Of a stretch of 55,909 nucleotides of DNA, positions 43,013 to 52,639 are shown in pieces. The stretch lies in IMG/VR virus record IMGVR_UViG_3300036781_000607, positions 1 through 55,909 of that record. The stretch is one strand, 5' to 3'. The translations under genes were made by a program, and so were the position numbers. Position 1 is the first letter of the stretch, and each line of letters starts with the position of its first letter. The notes under the pieces are model-generated. The model saw only the letters and a program-made list of their open reading frames with translations, made no database searches and was not told where the DNA came from. This DNA comes from a virus.

Positions 43013-43048
43013 AAAAAAGCCTCTGAGTAATCTCAAAGGCTTTTTTTT
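43013..43048. terminator. Bidirectional intrinsic terminator
   Basis: AAAAAA-GCCTCTGAG-taat-CTCAAAGGC-TTTTTTTT, at the convergence of the plus- and minus-strand blocks. Confidence 0.75.
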
Positions 43049-43352
43049 AAGTAGTCAAGTTAGTAGGCTGATCCGGTTTCGGAATAACATTGACAGTTGG
43101 ACTGTCGCCGGTCACTGTAGGATTGCCAACAGTGTTCACCAAAGCATCATCTTTTTTAGCGCTTCCTTGTGATGAGCCAAAATAATAACCGGTTGCAGCC
43201 GCTACTGCGGCAACCATAGCAATTAATATTTGCGGATCCGGTTTTATGTCCCTGATTGAACACATGTAGAAATAACCAAAGCCGAGCACCACTATGATGA
43301 TCGCTAATATTGGTTTGATGTTGATGTTTAAAAATGAGTTTTGATCGTTCAT
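43047..43352 (-). CDS. Two-TM membrane protein (holin candidate)
   Basis: ILAIIIVVLGFGYFYM and ILIAMVAAVAAATGYYF. It lies directly downstream of the endolysin gene on the minus strand. Confidence 0.45.
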   Translation of the reverse strand: MNDQNSFLNINIKPILAIIIVVLGFGYFYMCSIRDIKPDPQILIAMVAAVAAATGYYFGSSQGSAKKDDALVNTVGNPTVTGDSPTVNVIPKPDQPTNLTT

Positions 43353-43993
43353 AATAATTTAAGTTGTTGAAGTGTTCCGTTAAAATAATCCAGGTCAAGA
43401 TCACCACCGGTCAGGTTACCATGTTGTGTCCCGAACTGTGAATTTTGCCAGAATTGCCAGTCGGTAAATCCTTTCGGCAGATGTGGTATATGATCCTGGT
43501 AACCTGCTATCCATAAGTAATATTTACTGAACGGTACAGAGTCGCCCAGGTATTCATTTAAAAAGTTTGGTGAACAATAAACAATCGGCTTACGGCCTGT
43601 TCGTGTTTGCACAGTTTCAAGTAAAGAAAGCGCATTGTCACAGCATTTCGATTTATTGTTCAGGATGTACTGGTCAAGTTGCCGGCTGATCGCAGGTGTA
43701 GCGCCCACCTGGTTCTCAATATCTATCACAGGAGGCATTATACCCGGCAATGACCAGTCTACTCCACGATTGAGAAAATTGTCTGCCTGAACTTCCGGAT
43801 CAGCTTCTGCCACCCAGAAATCATAACATCCAACCTGCAGGTTTTTGGTGCGTGCAGTATGCCAATTGTTTTGAAAAGCCGGATCGTGAAAAGAAATACC
43901 CTGCGCAGCTTTTATAAATACAAACTGGAACTCTGGGGAGAGAGTATTCCAGTTTATATTATTTTGATGTGATATATCAAAACCTTTAATCAT
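43349..43993 (-). CDS. GH25 muramidase (endolysin)
   Basis: MIKGFDISHQNNINWNTL...FVFIKAAQGISFHDPAFQNNW matches the GH25 N-terminal pattern. Confidence 0.85.
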   Translation of the reverse strand: MIKGFDISHQNNINWNTLSPEFQFVFIKAAQGISFHDPAFQNNWHTARTKNLQVGCYDFWVAEADPEVQADNFLNRGVDWSLPGIMPPVIDIENQVGATPAISRQLDQYILNNKSKCCDNALSLLETVQTRTGRKPIVYCSPNFLNEYLGDSVPFSKYYLWIAGYQDHIPHLPKGFTDWQFWQNSQFGTQHGNLTGGDLDLDYFNGTLQQLKLL

Positions 43994-44056
43994 TTCATCG
44001 TAATTATAGTTGCTACTAATGCATTTTGGATGGTCAGCTTTTTTGACAAATAGTCG

Positions 44057-45265
44057 CTATTTATAGGTGATTATTACCGATGGTAGGATATTAGTCGTTA
44101 TAGTCTTATCAGACCAGGTATTTGTTTTCCAGTTCAAAGGCATCGGAGAATTTGCTAACCAAAACTGAGAGAGCGGTGTACTATTAATAGAGTTATCGCC
44201 ATTGGAATTAGTCCAATTAGTGTTATTAAAACCCACATCTGTCTGTGATTTGCTTTGTACCCCCATACCTTGTCCCGTTACTGGTGTTTTAACACTGAAT
44301 ATCTTATTGTGATCTGCTTTTATTCCTACACCTGTACCTATAATCGCTACGCCTCCGGCACCCGGATTAACTAATATATTGCCTCTTGCTACCTGGTATG
44401 TTCCATTAACATCACATAAAACGATACCACAAGCCCCGGCATTTGCAGTAGGCCATTTAGATAATTGACCCCCTCGTATCCAATTATTCATAACCATGAT
44501 ACTATCACCTTTAATACCATTCGACTGATAAATAGAAATCAAATCATGCGGATGTAAAGCTACGCCTGCAATATTTTCAATATGGTTGCCCGATATCACA
44601 TTTCCACCACCTGATACCCCGTTTAACTGTATAGCATGGCCGAACCAATTCTGATCTATACCGTTAATATTTAAGAATTGATTATTATTTATTTTATATC
44701 CAGTTCCACTGCTTGCATAAACACCCATCCCTACATTTGAAAAGAAGCAATTTTGTACAGTGATATTTGTACAGTTTGATAAATTAATAGCAAAACTTGT
44801 TGTGTTTACGATCTTACAGTTTATAATAGTGACGTTTGAAACCTTGTTACCTGATATACCTATCGTTTTGGCATTTTTAAGATCAATGGTTAATCCGGAA
44901 TATGTTTTACCGGATACTAATGTTACGGGGCCGGATACCGTACCCCCCGGATTAATAACTACAGGCGGTTTAATTATTACCATTGTATCATAAATACCAG
45001 GTGTAGCGAATCCTTTCGTCATATTAGCCATTGCCAAATCAACAATACTATCCTCTTTAGCCTGTGTCTTTGAATTAGGCATAGACCGCTTGTGTAAGGT
45101 TGCTTTAAGGCTATCGGTAAAAGTATTAGCCGTTGATACTGCGTTCGCCTGTGTGGCTTTCTGAGGGCTTACAATAGCGTAGGTTACTGCACCTGCAATA
45201 AGCAATCCTCCGCTTATCAGTGCTGTTAATTTTGATTTCGTCATAATACTTTGGTTTTTAAGCAA
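44057..45265 (-). CDS. Right-handed beta-helix (pectate-lyase-like) polysaccharide depolymerase with an N-terminal membrane anchor or signal
   Basis: Repeats of NCKIVNTTSFAINLSNCTNITVQNCFFSN type. N-terminus KSKLTALISGGLLIAGAVTYAIV. Confidence 0.65.
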   Translation of the reverse strand: MLKNQSIMTKSKLTALISGGLLIAGAVTYAIVSPQKATQANAVSTANTFTDSLKATLHKRSMPNSKTQAKEDSIVDLAMANMTKGFATPGIYDTMVIIKPPVVINPGGTVSGPVTLVSGKTYSGLTIDLKNAKTIGISGNKVSNVTIINCKIVNTTSFAINLSNCTNITVQNCFFSNVGMGVYASSGTGYKINNNQFLNINGIDQNWFGHAIQLNGVSGGGNVISGNHIENIAGVALHPHDLISIYQSNGIKGDSIMVMNNWIRGGQLSKWPTANAGACGIVLCDVNGTYQVARGNILVNPGAGGVAIIGTGVGIKADHNKIFSVKTPVTGQGMGVQSKSQTDVGFNNTNWTNSNGDNSINSTPLSQFWLANSPMPLNWKTNTWSDKTITTNILPSVIITYK

Positions 45266-45275
45266 ATGTAGAAAT

Positions 45276-45563
45276 TTATTTGTAATTCTTAATGTAATTC
45301 CACAACCTGTACATTACCCAAACCATAGGGGCGTTACAGATTATTCTTATCCATAGCGAGGAAACAACTCCTATCAGATGCAGGTCATACATAAGGTAAT
45401 AGGCTGCTGCTATGCCATAAGTCCACATTTTTGTAAGGAATAACTCCATAACAAGATACTTAAGCTTATCACCTACCGAATGGTTAAAAGCCACATATAT
45501 TTTATAGGAGAAATAAACTATGCCCCAGAAAAGTAATTGTGAGGCTACTACTTCGTAGATCAT
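45276..45563 (-). CDS. Multi-pass small membrane protein
   Basis: 95 aa, hydrophobic throughout. Confidence 0.5.
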   Translation of the reverse strand: MIYEVVASQLLFWGIVYFSYKIYVAFNHSVGDKLKYLVMELFLTKMWTYGIAAAYYLMYDLHLIGVVSSLWIRIICNAPMVWVMYRLWNYIKNYK

Positions 45564-45582
45564 ACTGTAAATATAAAGAATT

Positions 45583-45798
45583 TTATTTCTTCATACTTTT
45601 AATAAGTGTAGTTAGTTCGGAAAGGACTTCCGTGTTTTTATTAAGGCTTCGATTATGTTCATCGTTCTGTTGCTCCTGTCTTTTCTGCCAGTCTGCCCGT
45701 TCTTCGCGGTGCTCTTTCATCATATTCTTGATAAAGACAGAAAGCCATGCTATACCGGCTATCAGAACGCCTACTATACCGTATTTTTCAAAGTCCAT
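45583..45798 (-). CDS. Small membrane protein (one TM plus a charged tail)
   Basis: GIVGVLIAGIAWLSVFI, then a basic and acidic tail. Confidence 0.5.
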   Translation of the reverse strand: MDFEKYGIVGVLIAGIAWLSVFIKNMMKEHREERADWQKRQEQQNDEHNRSLNKNTEVLSELTTLIKSMKK

Positions 45799-45799
45799 A

Positions 45800-46120
45800 C
45801 TATTTTGACGGAACTAAAATAATTTTGCCATCACTTTTTCGCTCAGTGAAAGCAGGCTGATCCAATTTCATATTGATCTGCTGAAATTTAAGTTCATTAA
45901 TATGCTGATTGCTGTCTATTTTTTTATTCAACATGGTGGCTACTGATATGATTTGTTCTTTAGCCTCGACACGGCTGTCTTTTATATCGCCTTTTAAACC
46001 ATAATAGACACCTGCAATTGCTAACACAATTGAGATAGTGGAAGCTCCTATATATAAGGCTGTAGTCCACTTTACATTACTCATGTATTCTTGCTTGTCA
46101 GTCATTTTCTTTACATTCAA
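45800..46120 (-). CDS. Membrane-anchored small protein
   Basis: TTALYIGASTISIVLAIAGVYYGL is a TM segment. Confidence 0.5.
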   Translation of the reverse strand: MNVKKMTDKQEYMSNVKWTTALYIGASTISIVLAIAGVYYGLKGDIKDSRVEAKEQIISVATMLNKKIDSNQHINELKFQQINMKLDQPAFTERKSDGKIILVPSK

Positions 46121-46257
46121 GTAATTTTAGTCTCAACTCAGCATTTTGACGTCTTAATTCCTTTACCTCTTTTCTGGTCATTAAATATAACTGCAAATTT
46201 AGTGCCCCGAATACTGCACCCATGATAAGCAATACTGCAAAAAGCAAATTAGGTATA

Positions 46258-46611
46258 TCATGTGCGTTCACGTTTATAAAATATATAAAAGATTAAGGTA
46301 ACTATTAAGAATAAAGCAAGTTGCCAATTTTTATCATATATCCATTCCGATTTAGAAAAGATACACAACTCATAATAACAGGTAACAAAAGCTAAGTTAC
46401 CAATTAAATACCGTATGCAAAACCTTTCATATATACCCAGTTTTCTATTAGATGTGTTTACCCATATATACAATAAATAGCCAAACACAATTAAAGGGAT
46501 AATATTAAATAACACCTGGCAAAACCTGCACCAATCCCCGAAATACAAATGTAAAGCAAGGAATAACGGGTAACCATGTGTTAAACAAAATATTATCCCT
46601 TTACGGCTCAT
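46258..46611 (-). CDS. Multi-pass membrane protein
   Basis: 117 aa with about four hydrophobic segments. Confidence 0.5.
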   Translation of the reverse strand: MSRKGIIFCLTHGYPLFLALHLYFGDWCRFCQVLFNIIPLIVFGYLLYIWVNTSNRKLGIYERFCIRYLIGNLAFVTCYYELCIFSKSEWIYDKNWQLALFLIVTLIFYIFYKRERT

Positions 46612-46775
46612 GGTTTGTGCGGATGTGTCGGATCTGGTGGAACCGGATCACCGTCTGCTGTTAACCCTACCAAGCTCTGGCAGTCGTGCAATAAAATAGC
46701 GGACAATTTTTGTAACTCCGCTTCTCCGTAGCTTGCTAATTTTTCAGCTACTTCTTTTAATTCTTGTTCTTTCAT
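46608..46775 (-). CDS. Small hypothetical protein (55 aa)
   Basis: ATG at 46775. Its stop overlaps the next ATG (ATGA). Below the ORF-track cutoff. Confidence 0.4.
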   Translation of the reverse strand: MKEQELKEVAEKLASYGEAELQKLSAILLHDCQSLVGLTADGDPVPPDPTHPHKP

Positions 46776-46787
46776 TTTATTTAAGTA

Positions 46788-49148
46788 TTAATACCAGGAT
46801 GTTGTTGCACTATCGTACGTCAACACAACCAATCCTCCCGCGGCCGGGGAAATTACGCCATCGATCACAGTACCACCTGCGTAAGTAACTGTCGTCACAG
46901 CCTGTGTATACTTGATAAATACACAGTCATTGTTCACTGGTGATGAAGGCAGATTAACAGTTAATGCCACAAGCGTCCCTGTAGGGTTGATTATATTGTA
47001 TTGGTTATTTGTGAGCGTTACTGAACCTCCTGTGGTAGGCGTAAAAATAGTATGTGGCTTAGAATTTAACGTACCTAAGCTTACGAATCTTTTATTTGCA
47101 TCGGTACCCACCAATTGAGATGCGGACAATGTATCTACTTGAAGCCCGCTTACCCTTGTCAAACCATATTTAAACCAGCCATTCCATCTGTTAGTAGCCG
47201 TCCCACCTGTTGGTACTCCTTGTGAATAAATAGTAGCTACGTCCGTAAATGCACCCGATCCTGTTAATGTAGGTGCCCTGATTCCAAAACCTGCAGAAAT
47301 TGGTGAGGTACCTGAGCTTAATGTAATCGGCGAACTTGCTATGAATAAATTAAATCCAGCACCTCCTGGGGCTAATGACTGACTATTATCCTGACCTGCC
47401 ATGTACATACGTGCCATTACCGATGTTGACCCATCAACAAGAAAATAAGAATTTGTTGCAGATCCACCCAAAGCCCCACCTCCGGTAAGTCTCATGTTTG
47501 AAGTTACCGAGCCACCTGAAAGGTCTGTATAAAACCCGCTTCCGAATCCTTGTAAATTAGGCCAATTGTTTGTACCTGCTAAATAAACCAATGTACCTGT
47601 TCCTGTTGGAAACGTGGGTGTACTATTGGCTGTAGTAGTTAAATTAAGCGTAAAGGCACCTGTTGTTTGCAATGTTGAACCAGATGCTAAAACCAACGCT
47701 CCAGGTGAATAGGCCGGCAAACCCGATGTAACTATTAATGGATGATTGGTTGTTCCTATACCTAATCTTGCGGGTGTACCTGAATTGTCAGAGCTATATA
47801 TAATATCACCAGTAGCGGTCATCGGGTTTGCCATCTTGGCCGCAATACTTGTTTTAAGATTATTATAATCAGTCAGAGCACCCACCTTGCTTTTAAGCAC
47901 GGTAGTATCGGTGGCAATTGTCCTGTTTGTGGATAAATCCCCGATAGCCTGCATACCTAATCCGGCTGTTAAGGTTCGCGTTAATGGTACATAGGTACTG
48001 GCGCTCTGCGCTTTTGTATTAAACGCAGCCAATGCCCATGATTTACTACCTATAGTACCTGCTGTATCTACATTCATTGTACCGCTCGTAGTAATCGGAG
48101 TATGTGACAAAAAACCTACACCAGGTGTAATAGAAGTTACAGTTCCTGTCCCACCCGATATTGTACTTTTGATGCTATCAGCCAATGCAATCACAGTGTT
48201 TACAGATGGAATAGCAAGCCTGTTTAATCTTTGATTTGTGGTATAATTACCGTTATAAAGCAAACCACGCGAATGAATAGCATCTAATACCTTAAGCGAA
48301 GATATGGTAAAGTAAAACCCCGCCTGATTAGTGCTGTTATCCTCTAACTGAACAAATGTTTGTGTATTTGATGATCCATTCGTACCGATTATTGATTGCC
48401 CATCTGTGGATGTATTTTGAATATTTGCACTGGTAGTACTTACATTTATGCTATTTATATTACCTGATGTTGTACGAACATCGAACCCTCCCGCGCCAAC
48501 TGTTAAATCAACAAATCCGGAACCTATATTACCACCTAATGAAACGTTTCCGCTACCGTCATCTGTTAAACCACCTGAAAATGTATAGGTGCCACCATAA
48601 TGAGCATCCGCATATTGTTTTGTAATTAAAGAACGGCCTGTAAAATTAGATTCATAATCTCCGGAGTTTTCAAGTCCTTTTTGATTTAAGCTATCCAATA
48701 CAGTCATTTTACCATCAATAATAAAATATTGACCTATACCGGTAGAATGATGTTCATACCCTAATTTTGCATACTGTGCTTGGAGACTTATACTTGACGT
48801 GTATGGATTTGTGAATGTGGAGTCGAAAGCAACATGTATGTATAAACCTTGTCCAAATGCCTCAATATTACCAGATCCTATAAATTCCAAATTGCTTTGG
48901 CCTAATAAAATCAATCGGGTAGGATCCGTTACTGAACCGTTTGAATTGTAAATATTGTTACCACCACCTCCTGCACCATGTTTCTTCACCCAGGCCGTAT
49001 CTGGCAGCCAAAAAGTTCCTGTTACTCCCGGAAAAGAATACCCTAAAAGACTGTCAACAGGAATTTTTCTTTTAAACGCAGGTGTTACAGGACTTTGTGC
49101 AAAACAAAATACGGGCAAAATAAACAGTAAAAAAAGTAATTTTTTCAT
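46788..49148 (-). CDS. Large Gly/Thr/Ser-rich tail-fiber-like protein with an N-terminal signal-peptide-like sequence
   Basis: 786 aa. MKKLLFLLFILPVFCFAQS, then long G/S/T-rich fiber-like sequence. Sits in the tail-fiber block. Confidence 0.6.
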   Translation of the reverse strand: MKKLLFLLFILPVFCFAQSPVTPAFKRKIPVDSLLGYSFPGVTGTFWLPDTAWVKKHGAGGGGNNIYNSNGSVTDPTRLILLGQSNLEFIGSGNIEAFGQGLYIHVAFDSTFTNPYTSSISLQAQYAKLGYEHHSTGIGQYFIIDGKMTVLDSLNQKGLENSGDYESNFTGRSLITKQYADAHYGGTYTFSGGLTDDGSGNVSLGGNIGSGFVDLTVGAGGFDVRTTSGNINSINVSTTSANIQNTSTDGQSIIGTNGSSNTQTFVQLEDNSTNQAGFYFTISSLKVLDAIHSRGLLYNGNYTTNQRLNRLAIPSVNTVIALADSIKSTISGGTGTVTSITPGVGFLSHTPITTSGTMNVDTAGTIGSKSWALAAFNTKAQSASTYVPLTRTLTAGLGMQAIGDLSTNRTIATDTTVLKSKVGALTDYNNLKTSIAAKMANPMTATGDIIYSSDNSGTPARLGIGTTNHPLIVTSGLPAYSPGALVLASGSTLQTTGAFTLNLTTTANSTPTFPTGTGTLVYLAGTNNWPNLQGFGSGFYTDLSGGSVTSNMRLTGGGALGGSATNSYFLVDGSTSVMARMYMAGQDNSQSLAPGGAGFNLFIASSPITLSSGTSPISAGFGIRAPTLTGSGAFTDVATIYSQGVPTGGTATNRWNGWFKYGLTRVSGLQVDTLSASQLVGTDANKRFVSLGTLNSKPHTIFTPTTGGSVTLTNNQYNIINPTGTLVALTVNLPSSPVNNDCVFIKYTQAVTTVTYAGGTVIDGVISPAAGGLVVLTYDSATTSWY

Positions 49149-49600
49149 CCTTTTAATATTACAATTGTATCTTCTTTAAAATTACCGGATCCGTCATCAT
49201 GCCCGTAAATGTTCCAGCCTGTAAAGGTACCAGTACCATCATTATTCGTATCCTGATCTTCTACAGGCATATCGTACCATTTTTGTAACCGCCCTGTGGG
49301 ATCACCTGTTGCCGGGTCATAAGAGGTAGCTTTAGTAATTACATCCGAAGTTACGGTTATACCTGTATATAAAGAAACGTCTACAAAAAATGGTATCGGG
49401 GTACCTGCGGTAATTATTGGAATTTGTATTGTAGGAACTCCGGCAGCAAAACTTTGTCCGATCTTTTTAGTGATCAATTCATCATCTGTCAGATCATCCG
49501 CATTAGGGGAAAACGAATACCCTATCTTGGAATCGGACAAGACAGGGTCAACCCCTGTGGATGCTTTTAACCGGTCAACTATTTGTATCGTTTCACTCAT
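49145..49600 (-). CDS. Hypothetical tail-associated protein
   Basis: 151-aa ORF in the fiber block. Confidence 0.45.
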   Translation of the reverse strand: MSETIQIVDRLKASTGVDPVLSDSKIGYSFSPNADDLTDDELITKKIGQSFAAGVPTIQIPIITAGTPIPFFVDVSLYTGITVTSDVITKATSYDPATGDPTGRLQKWYDMPVEDQDTNNDGTGTFTGWNIYGHDDGSGNFKEDTIVILKG

Positions 49601-49601
49601 A

Positions 49602-50648
49602 TCAGCTGATTGCTACAAAATATAATTGAACTTTTGAAAATGGCCGCACGTCAATCGGATCAGGTATTTCCTGTCCGAAAGAATTTGTAGCCCCTATAGA
49701 CCGGTTATTATCCCCCGCCTGTTTCATATCGTAATCCTGGTTACCTGAAGTATGATTTGATGTCCAGGCAGCTGTTTTAACACCTGTCGGGTCCGGAGAT
49801 AAATTACCTACCGGTGGCGCACCGGAAAATAACTTATGACTGTGTATAGGCAGGTTATTTTCACTTAAAGTAATTTCACCTGTATCAGGTGCGCCAAAAG
49901 TAGTGGCCGCAGGATATAAAGTATCCCCAACCTGCCAGCCCGTAGCATATACCCTCGCCATACTTTGTGTCCCGTTCGTCCCGGAGATCGCACAATTTGC
50001 CCATGGAGTATTTGCCTTACCAAGACCAGTTGTAAAATCCCAGTTATCATCCAGATCAGTCGGTCCAAGTGGTTCAAATATTCCTTTAAAACATTTAGGC
50101 CAGGCAAAAGGAGTATCACCGCCTGTCGGTGGTATGGCCGGGTTTTCATCGTACTGAAAGTATACTACAAATATACTATAGCTTTTTCCTGCCAGGCCGC
50201 TCAGGAACACTGTGGATACGTCAGAGAATACTTTACGTAAATTGATTGAGGAAACGCCCTCATTTAAAGTAATTTCAAAAAGATCGTTAGCCCCGGAAGT
50301 AGTACCGACTTTCAGATCGATGTTCGTACCACTATTATTGATCACGATAATATCATACAGGCAACTGAATTGCCTGAACGTACTGCCGATCGTAATATTA
50401 GTATTACCATTTATAAAAGATAGTACTTTCTGATTAAGTACATTACTGAAATAAGTAATGAAATAAGGTAGCTCTGAAAATAATTTAGTACCGTCCCCAA
50501 TTTTAAAATTCAGCAGAACCGTACCTGTAGGATCAAGTACAAATGCCTGTTCGCCGGCAAGTACAACGCCCAGCTCAGCCTCTGCTGCCAGCCATCCGGC
50601 TTCCGTATCTACTTTTTGCTGTACCCGCGCGTTTAATATTTCAGCCAT
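49602..50648 (-). CDS. Tail fiber protein with a phage tail-collar domain
   Basis: GEITLSENNLPIHSHKL matches the tail-collar pattern. Confidence 0.65.
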   Translation of the reverse strand: MAEILNARVQQKVDTEAGWLAAEAELGVVLAGEQAFVLDPTGTVLLNFKIGDGTKLFSELPYFITYFSNVLNQKVLSFINGNTNITIGSTFRQFSCLYDIIVINNSGTNIDLKVGTTSGANDLFEITLNEGVSSINLRKVFSDVSTVFLSGLAGKSYSIFVVYFQYDENPAIPPTGGDTPFAWPKCFKGIFEPLGPTDLDDNWDFTTGLGKANTPWANCAISGTNGTQSMARVYATGWQVGDTLYPAATTFGAPDTGEITLSENNLPIHSHKLFSGAPPVGNLSPDPTGVKTAAWTSNHTSGNQDYDMKQAGDNNRSIGATNSFGQEIPDPIDVRPFSKVQLYFVAIS

Positions 50649-52639
50649 CAGTTACTTATAGATGAATCGTCATTAGAATTATAGAAACTTTCCCTTAAAG
50701 TGATCACATCGTTCCGGGCCTCTATCGCCACTATATTCACTATACTTTTCTCGGCATAATGTTTGGCATTTAAAGGTATAAATTTTTTACCTAATAAGGT
50801 ATCCACACTGTAAATTTCATCAAAAGACCAGGTTGAACCGGCAACATACATATCTGTGTTGATAATCTGTGAAGCTTTATAACGGAAACGCATCACTGCC
50901 TGGGAATTAATACCTGTTAAAGTACCGCTATATAGCAGTGCGTCGTTAAATCCACATTCTTTACCCGAATTAAAAGGCGAGGACATAAAATTACTCAGCA
51001 TGTATCCCCCAAAGCTACTGCTGATATTCAATGTAGCCTCGTCAGTAGAAGTATTTTTACTGCTGTCGTTAAACACTTCATACACATCATTACCGTTATC
51101 GATGGTGATCGATACATTATCCAATGAATAAGTCTGTCCATCTTTAACCCGGAAGATCAGCTGCAGATCAGAAACATCCCCTGCTACAAGCTGCGTGGCA
51201 GGCTGTGGAATTTTAACTCCCTGGAATTTATCAAAAGCAACCTGTGCAATATCGTCTATTTCCAGTCCATCGATCACAATTGGTATCCAGGCCTCAGTCG
51301 TGCTCCATGTACCAAACTCATTCAGGAAATAGGTCGTACCACCCTGGTTCAGTATCATTTTAAATTGCAGGGGTTGACTGTCCCATATAATTAAGCCGCT
51401 TCCGTCTACAGGCGCAAACCCTGTACCGGGCGAAAACGTAAAGCTGAAATTGATCACCGCGACCAAAGTATACGCATCTATAGGTAAACCGTTTTTTCCT
51501 TCAGTGCCGCCAGTAGATACCATAGTAAAATACTCATCACCACTTACGTTCGTGAGCTCAGCACAGAAACCCGACCGGCCGTCCAGTGACAAATTAGCCG
51601 CTACACCTAAAGTATCGTAACTTCCCCAGTAAAGAATGATGCTGCCAGCCAGCACATCCGCTACGGTGAGATCGGTTTTTAAAATATCATAGTTACCGTT
51701 TGGTATAATATTTGACCGGATATTTGCAGCATACGTAGTTTTGAAAGATTTAATCCCTTGTTTAACTGTAATAACTGCATTCTCATTAACGAAGCGGTAA
51801 CCGGTACGCCCTATCCGTTTAGCCAGGTTCTGCGTACCGGATTGTAAGGCCATCACGCCTAAAGTAGCCGGGATTTCTTTATAAGAAATAATACCCGCAA
51901 TTACGTCATTTACCCGGCGGATGACCCAGCGGCCGCCGGATTGGAATATCCGGCATTGCATTGCCTGTAACATTCCCCGGAGTATATATCCGCAGGTCTG
52001 TAAAGGCCCCTGGTCCTCACCTGTCACTCCCTGTTGATAAGTGTAAAACCCTTCATTAAAAGGTGACCACTGTACACCACCTGTAAAAATATCATCATCA
52101 AAGGCTGTACATTGTAACTGATTTGTCCAGCGTACAGGTAACAGTATTCCTAAATTTGCAGATTGATATAATATATTCCGTATATAATTCATCGGGCAAC
52201 GGCTTATAAAGCCTGTAGTACCCATCAGATCAGTATGAGTATAAGGAATATCATCCAGTAAAGAAAGTCCGCAGGCAAAGCTTATAGTACCTTGCTGCGG
52301 GGGTGATAAGAAGTTCCACTGTATATCTTCAGGTTTTAAAAATCCAGTCCAGTCCAGCAAACCGTTGCGAAAACGTTTAATTAAAAAATCCTTATCCCCG
52401 GCCTGCATCAGCTCATCCATATCCACCTGCCCCTCATTATAAAAATTAAGGGTTAAGGTAGACGCAAAAAACGTGCTGAAAGGGTCATCCGTGGTTTCAG
52501 CATCATAGTCCAGTTCAACAGCCTGTTCAGAAACCCCACGTACGACAATAGGGGCTGCGTTGTAAGAAGCAGTCTCTATATCACATTGCCATGCGGCATT
52601 ATCCGGTGAACGGAACTGTATGATGTATTTAACGCCCAT
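50648..52639 (-). CDS. Distal tail / baseplate protein (by position)
   Basis: 663-aa ORF immediately downstream of the tape measure gene. Confidence 0.5.
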   Translation of the reverse strand: MGVKYIIQFRSPDNAAWQCDIETASYNAAPIVVRGVSEQAVELDYDAETTDDPFSTFFASTLTLNFYNEGQVDMDELMQAGDKDFLIKRFRNGLLDWTGFLKPEDIQWNFLSPPQQGTISFACGLSLLDDIPYTHTDLMGTTGFISRCPMNYIRNILYQSANLGILLPVRWTNQLQCTAFDDDIFTGGVQWSPFNEGFYTYQQGVTGEDQGPLQTCGYILRGMLQAMQCRIFQSGGRWVIRRVNDVIAGIISYKEIPATLGVMALQSGTQNLAKRIGRTGYRFVNENAVITVKQGIKSFKTTYAANIRSNIIPNGNYDILKTDLTVADVLAGSIILYWGSYDTLGVAANLSLDGRSGFCAELTNVSGDEYFTMVSTGGTEGKNGLPIDAYTLVAVINFSFTFSPGTGFAPVDGSGLIIWDSQPLQFKMILNQGGTTYFLNEFGTWSTTEAWIPIVIDGLEIDDIAQVAFDKFQGVKIPQPATQLVAGDVSDLQLIFRVKDGQTYSLDNVSITIDNGNDVYEVFNDSSKNTSTDEATLNISSSFGGYMLSNFMSSPFNSGKECGFNDALLYSGTLTGINSQAVMRFRYKASQIINTDMYVAGSTWSFDEIYSVDTLLGKKFIPLNAKHYAEKSIVNIVAIEARNDVITLRESFYNSNDDSSISN

